Below are positions 55,549 to 64,000 of a stretch of DNA of 64,000 nucleotides, piece by piece. Every line of letters begins with the position of its first letter. Position 1 is the stretch's first letter. The notes beneath the pieces are model-generated. The model was not told where the DNA came from, did no database searches, and saw only the letters and a list, made by a program, of their open reading frames with translations. This DNA is from Chrysomallon squamiferum (lineage: Eukaryota; Animalia; Mollusca): the NCBI GenBank assembly GCA_012295275.1, contig CM022672.1, forward strand, positions 25,296,001-25,360,000. The letters are read 5' to 3'. Position numbers and translations under genes: made by a program.

Positions 55549-58029
55549 TATATACAGAATCATTTTAACGTCTTTGTGCAATTTTCAACTTTTGATCTAC
55601 TAATAAAACAGATGTGTAAAATAGATTGTACAAAAATATATATATTTATTGTTGACATTCTGAATGTTCAACTTGAATCGTGTCAGGAAATGTATCTTTA
55701 ATGTGTGTGTGGGTGTTACGGAAACAAAGTATAGCTATGAATTTATTTAAACAGCTTCGTGGGACTCATCATTCTGGAAGGTCTAATATGAGTGTGTACA
55801 TTTTCTTTTCAACAGTGGCTTTCCCCATAACCATTATTTATTTTAAATTTAAAAATCTACTGGGTGTCAAAATCATCATAATCATCATCATCAAGATCAC
55901 CATCATCTTCGTCATCGTCGTTATCATCATCGTCATAATCATCATCGTCATCATCATCATCATCATCAGGTCATCGTCATCCTCCTCAGCATCATCGTCG
56001 TTATCATCATAAGGTCATCGTTATCATCATCATCATCATCATCATCATCATAATGTTGTATTGTTTGGCGAAAGCATCAAAGATATCTGTGTTTCCTCAT
56101 ATAAAACATGCTACCATTCCTCACTGATTGTTTAATCTTGTTGCAAGTAAATTCTTTATCAGTGATAAATTTATTTTTTACTGACAATGATAGAAATATG
56201 AACTGAAAACTGCATTAAATTGACAATAACACTACAGAAGAGGAGTTATATTTTATTTACATGTTCACAGTTGTTAAATTGCACTTCAAAACATAAATTT
56301 AGTGTCTAGCAAATTAAACTGACATGTTGATGTTTCTACATGCATAACCATCATCCCTTGTAAATAAATAATGAACGAACATATGAATAAAAATAAATAA
56401 ATGAATAAATAATAATTATTATTTCTTATATTTCTTCTTCTACTAATACTACTATCACTGTTACCTCTACCAATATCTGTAATAAACTTATTAATAATAA
56501 AATAATAATAATAATAATAATAAAATATAATAACAAAAACAACAATGACAATACCAATAATATTAACAACAATAATGATAATAATTAGTAATAACAGTAG
56601 TGGTATAAGAGGTATTATTATTAGTAGTAGTAGTATTATTAGCAGCAGTAGTAATAGTAGTAGTAATAGTAGAAGTAAGTAAGTAAGCAAGTAACTATAA
56701 AATTCTCTATTTTCGTCGTTATCGGCTCATGATTCTTATCATTTCGAAACCGAAATTTGATAAGAATCATTCACTATGATCAATCTTTAATTTAAAAATT
56801 AAAAAAAAAAAAATAATTCCATGTCAAAAAGTCTAACTAAATTTCTCACAAGATAATTATATTTTACATTTAATTCCCATTCGTTTCAAACAACTAAATA
56901 TTTCGAGTAATATTTGAAATAACAATCGAAGATTTAAATCAAAATCTGTCATGGAATTTTGACCAACAAACTGATTTATAAATAAATGGGTCTGAACAAT
57001 ATATCTATATTATTTTTCATTCTATTAAATCACGGATGTTTAATTTTTTTAATCTTTTTTTTGTTGTTGTTGTAAGTAATAATAGTAATTATATTAAATA
57101 ACTTATTTTCAGGTAAGCTGACGCTACTTCTGTATCGTATTAGTCATGGTATTGTTATTGCTAATACAATCTAACATTAGTTTAAAACAATAGTTAAGCG
57201 TCTGTTAGTATCTTCTTTTTTATCCTTGATATCTAAAAAATTATGAGCAGTCCGAATAACATTTTGGAGGTAACATATCCCGATCTAGGGATGGGATATA
57301 GAAAGAAGAGCATACAGCGCACATATTGTTTGTTCTTTTTCGTTTGTTTTGTTTTGGTAATAACGACATAACGTTCGTTTTGAAAATTGTGTATGCATCT
57401 GCCCTTTACATTACAATTCGCAATAAATAACAGGGTAAAAAAAACAAATAAGTAAATAACAAATGAATAAATAAAAAGGGAATCAGCAAAAAATTAATTT
57501 AAAAAAAATAATAATAAAAAAAAAAAAAAAAAATAAAAAAAACCCCACATTAATGCATCTATAAAATTCGTTAATTTTTTTAAATAATTAAATAAATTAT
57601 TTACAAAATAAAATATTAAAATTTAAAATAAAACCATACCTCCCCCACAAAAAAAAAAAAAAAAAAAAAAAAAAGCATATATATAACAAGAACTAACTTA
57701 AACAATAATATCGTATTTGATCAGTTATAAGAAATGGCTAAGAACCTCTTGTCATGACCTGAAATAAAGTCAACACAAATCTTGTCATGGTTCAGATAAT
57801 AAATACAGTATCGCCTAGAAGTGACGTAGACGTTTTAATGTTAACTGGGCAAGAACAAACATGTCATACTTATATTTGTTATAGATAATAATATACACAG
57901 CGTTTATCTGAAAACATATTATTTACATAACAGCCATATATACCATACTATATATGTGTGTGTGTATATTTTGTATGCATCAATGGATGTACATGTATGT
58001 ATGTATGCATATATGTGTATGTATTTATT

Positions 58030-58062
<33 letters not shown>

Positions 58063-58773
58063 GTATGCTTCTATATATGTAAGCATATTTCATTTAACAA
58101 AATATTACATTACCATATATCAGTTTATGAAACATACGTTTATGTACAGTACACCGCATTCAAAGCTTTCTTGTATCTATATTAATATACATATTAGAAC
58201 TGTAAGTCCAGTTATACTTCAATAATCCGTTTATAATGCACAGAAATATATGCGGCACGTGTGTTAGAATTGGTCAAAACTGTGTATATATTATGTACAA
58301 ACGAGTTTTCATAGAGAAAGTACTTATAGGATGTGAAAAAAAACAAAGAAACAAATAAAAATAAGTAAATAAATACAAAAGAATATAGAAAAAAACGAGA
58401 GAAAAAAAAAAACCACGAAATAAAAAGAAAATATTTTAATTTGCTACGTATACATAACACAAAATTCCGAGTATATATATACTGTCTCTATGTATATGTA
58501 TCCATATGTGTGTATAGATATATACACACACACAGACACACACATACACACACATGTACACACACAGAAACAGTATAATTACTACACTCATACATATATA
58601 ATCAATAGAATATACAAGTAGACTTTATGCTATCACAGATAAAGTGATCAAGAATTATACATATTTCCCCATCAACATATTCGCTGAACATAAGAATCCG
58701 GGTATTTTCTCAAATCTGATAATCTACATTTTAACCAAACTAATGAAAGAAAAAAAGTTCTGACAACGACAAT

Positions 58774-58874
58774 TCAGATGTGGAAAGGATATTCTGGTCT
58801 GCTAAGAAAGTGACACAACATCCGGTAAAACAGGAGAAGATAATGACCAGAAGCCGGCTCTTCTGTTTTCGAGG
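58774..58874 (-). CDS. Terminal exon of the large-exon gene (SSKTEEPASGHYLLLFYRMLCHFLSRPEYPFHI*)
   Basis: Poly-T-cag acceptor, phase 1, in frame with the 59825 donor; homologous to TIR exon C. Confidence 0.78.
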
Positions 58875-59824
58875 CTGAAAAAAAAAAAAAAAATAATAAT
58901 AATAATAATAATAAAGTGAAAATATTATATCAGAATTTATACATATGTGTGTTGTTTTTTCAGTGTTTGTACTTCATATGGTTTATGTAAGTTAAGTTCT
59001 TACTTGAGGTAATGTGTATGTATGTATGTATGTATGTATGTATGTATGTATGTATGTATGTATGTATGAACGTATATATATAAGTATGTTCATATGTGTC
59101 AGCACATGTATGTAGGTGACTGTATATTTAGACGTGTGTGTATGTGTATACATAGATACAAAAAAATGTATTATTCTATACACAAATATACAAACTGACA
59201 TGAACAGTTTTATGAGATTTCTATGGAAATTAATTACACTGCAAATCAGATTGCGATGATATAATGATGACGATGATGATGTTAATTATGATTACGACAA
59301 TAATGGTGATGATGATAATAATATATATTATACATTTTGTAAGATTATCACCCTCTTCGTTTTTCATGTTTCATCCATATTTAGTAAGTTAATATATTAA
59401 CAGAATATATAAGCAAACATATTCTGTAACCGCTGAAACTCTTTATACAAACTGCCTTTATATATATATATATATATATATAAGTATTTTAGTCAATAGT
59501 TTACTTAGATTCAAATTTCAGTCTTGCCGCTGATCAGTTTGAACAATTTGCTGTTTCCCTTGTATTAACCTATATTTAACGCATAATGTTCCTGAATATT
59601 TAAAAAAAAAAAAAAAAAAAAAATCATTTAGTATTATGAATGGTACGAGTTTACTAGTACAAAATTTAAATTATTATTTAAAAAAAAAAAAAAAATCTAA
59701 TTAAATGAATTTGAGGAGCTCGTTTCGGAGGTTTAGTGTCTTTTTGTTAAAATTAGATTTAATAAACTACTATTTATTACAGTTTAGAGTTAGACAACAA
59801 AAAAAAAAAAAACTGTAAACTTAC

Positions 59825-62722
59825 AAGATGCATCTTTTAAAGAATTTTCTTCTTCGGATCTTAAAGTTTCGCTTTTCTTACTGGCTTGCTGAATCGATGT
59901 TTCGTTTTCAGGGACAAATCCACTTTCATTTTTGAACGCTGTCGTTTCTTGCCAGCTGTCATAAGACAATTCCTCGGCGTGCCAGATTTCACCTATCACA
60001 ATATCACTGTTTTCCTTGGTGTCGTCGGAAATGCTGCTGTTGTTTGACGTTGTCTTCTCGATGATGGCTGTTTTAGTGATGGTTGAGCCAACGGACGAAT
60101 TTTTCTGAGAATTCGTAATGTTGTTTTCTGAATAAGGTTTGTTATCTGAATCAACAATAGTCTGTAGAGGTTGTTTTGCTGTTCCATTGCTCTTGGTGAA
60201 ACCTCTCTCCTCTCTGGCTGCATCAGTTTTGGTTATTTTGACCTTTACAGCTTCTGTGGTTTTCTTATCTTTGAAACCACTTCTGTTCTTTTCTGTTGTT
60301 TCTGAAGAAGATTTCTGAATGACTTTTTCTTCTGGATTCTTTGAAGCTGTATGACTGTCAGAAATATAACCAGTGGTTTGAACAGTTGTCTTGGCAGATG
60401 CATCAGTAACAGATCTAATGGTTGGTGGTTTCTTCAAACCACTGGAGTCACCGCTAGACTTTCTGGTCTCAGCAGACAACTGTTTTGTTCCTAAATTCAG
60501 TGAAGTTTCATTCTGTTCATGCTTGAGGTTTGAACTGCTTGTAATGGGTTTCTTCATCGAGCTGAGGTTTTCTGTTTGTTTTAAAACTTCAAATTTAGTT
60601 TCTTCGCTGGTTGAAGACAGAGAGACTGGACTATCGTCTTTCAACGTCTCTTTAGTTTCACTCGCCAGAACGTTTTTCTGTTTCGTTTCAGAGTTTATAG
60701 TCGCAGTTTCTGTTTTAATCTCTAATACTTCTTTAAGTTTCCCTTCGTTCTGCGTTGTCATGGTTTCAGTTTCTGTTTTAGGTTTCCCTTGGTGATGCGT
60801 CGTCGCGATTTCAGTTTCTGTTTTCGTGGGTAAGTACGATACTCTGCCCATCGGCTCTGGATTCATTTCATCGCAGAACTTGAGAATATGTTCCTGCAGT
60901 CTAGCTGCAGTTGAATTAGATTCAGTAATACCAGTTTTATTATCACTCACATTTGAAAGTTTACTATCGCTTGGCTGCTTTTCGTTTACTTTAGGATTCT
61001 GATCTGCGGCAGGTATTTTACTCAGTGACGTTGATGTTTCTTGTGCACTGACAACGATATCGGTATTTGTTTTTGCTCCTCGAATCGATGGCAAGATTTT
61101 ATTTTCGAGATCTGCACGAGATAAAGATGCACTATTGCCAAAATCCTTAACATTATAAAGTCTGTCGTAAACATTTGTCGAATGTCGTCTGAACGATTCA
61201 TTCATCATTTGTCCAATGTCTGGATTCACTGAGATTCTGGTTGTGTTTAGCTTTTGAGCTTCTGTTTGTCTTCCAACTGAAAGAGGAACGTCCCTCCTCA
61301 GCCCTGCTGATTCCAGCCTGTTCACAACTGATGTCTCAATGTCATCCTGGCCGGGATGTCGACGAGAACTCGAGTTTTCATCGTGGGCCGTTTCCTTAGC
61401 AACAAATTTCTCTTTCTCACCCAGTTTGGATTTACTATTAATATCGTCAGAAATTCCTTTGTTTTGTTCCCCTTTGTTTACATTTTTGGTCTCTTTACTA
61501 ATTTCTGCACCATCGCGTTTGTCTGTTTTCATATCTGAACTTTGAACTTTGAGGGAAGGAGATTTCTGAATGATTCCACTGCGTTCTGACATTCCTATAT
61601 CAGTTTGGTCCTTATCGTCTCTAGATTCATATTTATGTGAAGAAATGGTATCGTTTAACTTCTTTTCACTGTCAGTATCCAGCGTGACTCTTTCTCTCTG
61701 ACTGCTCTTTCCTATGCTGGTTGGTTTGGACACATTTAAATCCGTTGAGTCTTCACTTGAAGTTTTCTTACTCATTATCACCACAGGCTGAAGGGAAGGA
61801 GGAAGAACGTTTTTAGACGTGAACTGATCCGTGCTCTCTTCCGAGATCTCATTTCGCAGTAGCTTCACCTCTTTCTTCTCAGTCGCTGCTGCCACCGATA
61901 CAAAAGACTGTTCTGTTTGTTTTAAACTTTGTTTTGCTTTAGTTTTGTTGTCAGTCAGCTTAATCACGGCAACAGGAGGAGCACCTACAGAATCTTTTGT
62001 TACTTTTGCTTCCGAGGACAGACTTCGTGAGGTTACCTTTGCCTGAGAAACGTCAGCTTCCAGCCTTGGTTTTTTGGCAATGTCTATGGACGCTGGAGGA
62101 GTTGCTGGCAGAGTGGATTTCATTATCTCAGTCTCTGTCGAGCCCAGATTGCTCGGCAAAGAGTGAACATCTTTTCTTCTTTGTTTATGGTCCAGTGTTG
62201 CAGACGTACGTAACGAATGCTGCTGAAGAGGATCTTGGATTTTAACGACCGTGTTCTCTGGCAGGATGGCTTCTGAGGATTTCCACTGGCGAGATGTAGA
62301 GGAAGCCAGTTTGTTTGCAGAGACATACTTTTCAGACACATCAACAACAGCTCGCGGAGATTCAGGCAACATTTCCTTTGGTCTTTTAGGCAACGTATGT
62401 CTTCCATCTTCATCTGCGTCTTCGGAAACGTGTTTGACGACGACAGGTGACGGCATGGGCGACACCTTTGAAGTTGCTTTTTTCTTTGATCCCCAGTCGA
62501 CTTCGTCTTTGCTGGGTACTGTGGTGTGGTATGAACCTCGTGGAGAAATGTTCACCACCGGAATTGGAGTCGGAGGTAACGTTGGTTTATTCATGGTGTC
62601 GTCGTTGTTGTTCAAGTTACCGTCTTGCTGAGCGGCTGACTCGGCGTCCTGCTTGTTTCTCGGTGATTTTACTGTTTTCCCGTCTGGAGAATCCCCTTTT
62701 CGTCTCACTGGGCTGCCTTTGT
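59825..62722 (-). CDS. 2898-nt internal exon (966 codons, phase 1-1) of an uncharacterised S/T/K/E-rich, probably disordered protein; 5' exons not identified
   Basis: Long non-repetitive, GC-elevated ORF; tctcttttcag acceptor and T|GTAAGT donor; no globular domain recognised. Confidence 0.9.
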
Positions 62723-63753
62723 CTGAAAAGAGACAACAACAACATTTAGTTATCATTTTTAAATCGAAATATAATCAAATAAATGTATTTAACAGAAGTT
62801 CCACAAATAAAAAAATATATAAAAAATAAAAATGAAAAAAATAATAAAATGAAATAAAATAAAATAAAATAAATATCAATAAACAAATAACTTTATTCAC
62901 TTATATTTAAATAAATAAATGGTATGAAAAACAACAGAAGACCATTATTGAATTTTAAGATAATTTGGTATAACCAAATAGTCAGAGACAGTAGAAATAG
63001 ACAGATAAACAACCAGATATAAGTAGATTTAAACTCCACACACACACACACACACACAGACACACACACTAAATATTAAAAATAAATAAATAAATAAAGA
63101 TAGGTAGATAGACAGATAGATTGATAGATAGATAGATTAGATAAATCGCTATACACACACGTAGGTAGACAAAAAGCCAGATACAAAGAAAGACCGTAGA
63201 AATTTCAATACTCATGGATGCTATACGATTATCTCCCTTCATCGCGCAAATGCCGCATCAGCATCAACGAGAACACGCACAAACAAAACATGGGAAACAT
63301 TTACACAAGGCACATTTGTTATATATACGTACCTGCACACACACACGCGCACATGTTCAGATTCAGTTTCTTCACCATGTCGCACGTGAAGGAAGAGAGA
63401 AGTACAATAAGAAAAAGAGCCTGTCAGTCAGTCATCGGTTTCTCTTCTTTTACATTTACAAGTATCGATCCCCGTTCTATATTTATCTCTAACATGTATT
63501 TACTTACAGGCAACACGATGTGGATGTCCACTTAATTTGGTTTGTTAGAACCCCTTTAAATATGTGTAATTCATAAATGTATATGTTCCTGTATATTCAG
63601 TCTTGCATCCATCTGTTGATATGTAACTCTATACCTACGTATAGACCCACCCACATGTACACGCAGACTCATAAACACAAAAAGGCGTATAATTATGTAT
63701 AATAGATATATAATGCAAACACCGACATCCATCAATATGTATGTATGGATGTA

Positions 63754-63820
<67 letters not shown>

Positions 63821-63893
63821 ATATATATATATGTATGTATGTGCAACATGTATGTGCAGTGTATATAATTATACTCAAACACACACACACAGA

Positions 63894-63929
<36 letters not shown>

Positions 63930-64000
63930 CACACACACACATATATATACATACATATATACACACACACACATATATATACATATATATACACACACAC

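Noticed and set aside
60391-62749. Several plus-strand ORFs over the large exon
   Set aside because: Antisense shadows of a long coding exon.
63200-63560. Candidate upstream exons of the large-exon gene (donor-like sites near 63331 and 63507)
   Set aside because: Could not build an open, phase-1-compatible exon with a credible acceptor.

Overview
AT-rich, microsatellite-dense animal genomic DNA. It looks invertebrate and possibly molluscan, but that is inferred from composition only. Most ORFs in the track are translated simple repeats; the real genes are spliced and all on the minus strand. (1) 3760-24161: the first five coding exons of INPP5A (type I inositol 1,4,5-trisphosphate 5-phosphatase), with a deleted Tc1/mariner element in intron 2. 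(2) ~26.8-59.5 kb: a recently duplicated, rearranged cluster of four genes with a TIR-domain exon. Copies 1-3 have an intact TIR exon; copy 4 is a pseudogene. Their tails are built from phase-1 exon modules; I reconstructed these models by hand from splice sites and reading phase, with no transcript data. Copies 1 and 2 encode a MAVS/TRIF-like pLxIS motif (FSELNIS). Copies 1-3 end in a short conserved motif [FY]RMxCHxLS[KR]P[DE]xP[YF]. (3) 58774-62722: the 3' part of a gene with a 2.9-kb disordered exon whose last exon encodes the same motif; a duplicate of that last exon appears to complete TIR copy 3. The cluster also shows a chimeric gene, tandem exon duplication, two inverted template-switch events, a Ginger-type integrase relic and a 42-bp minisatellite.
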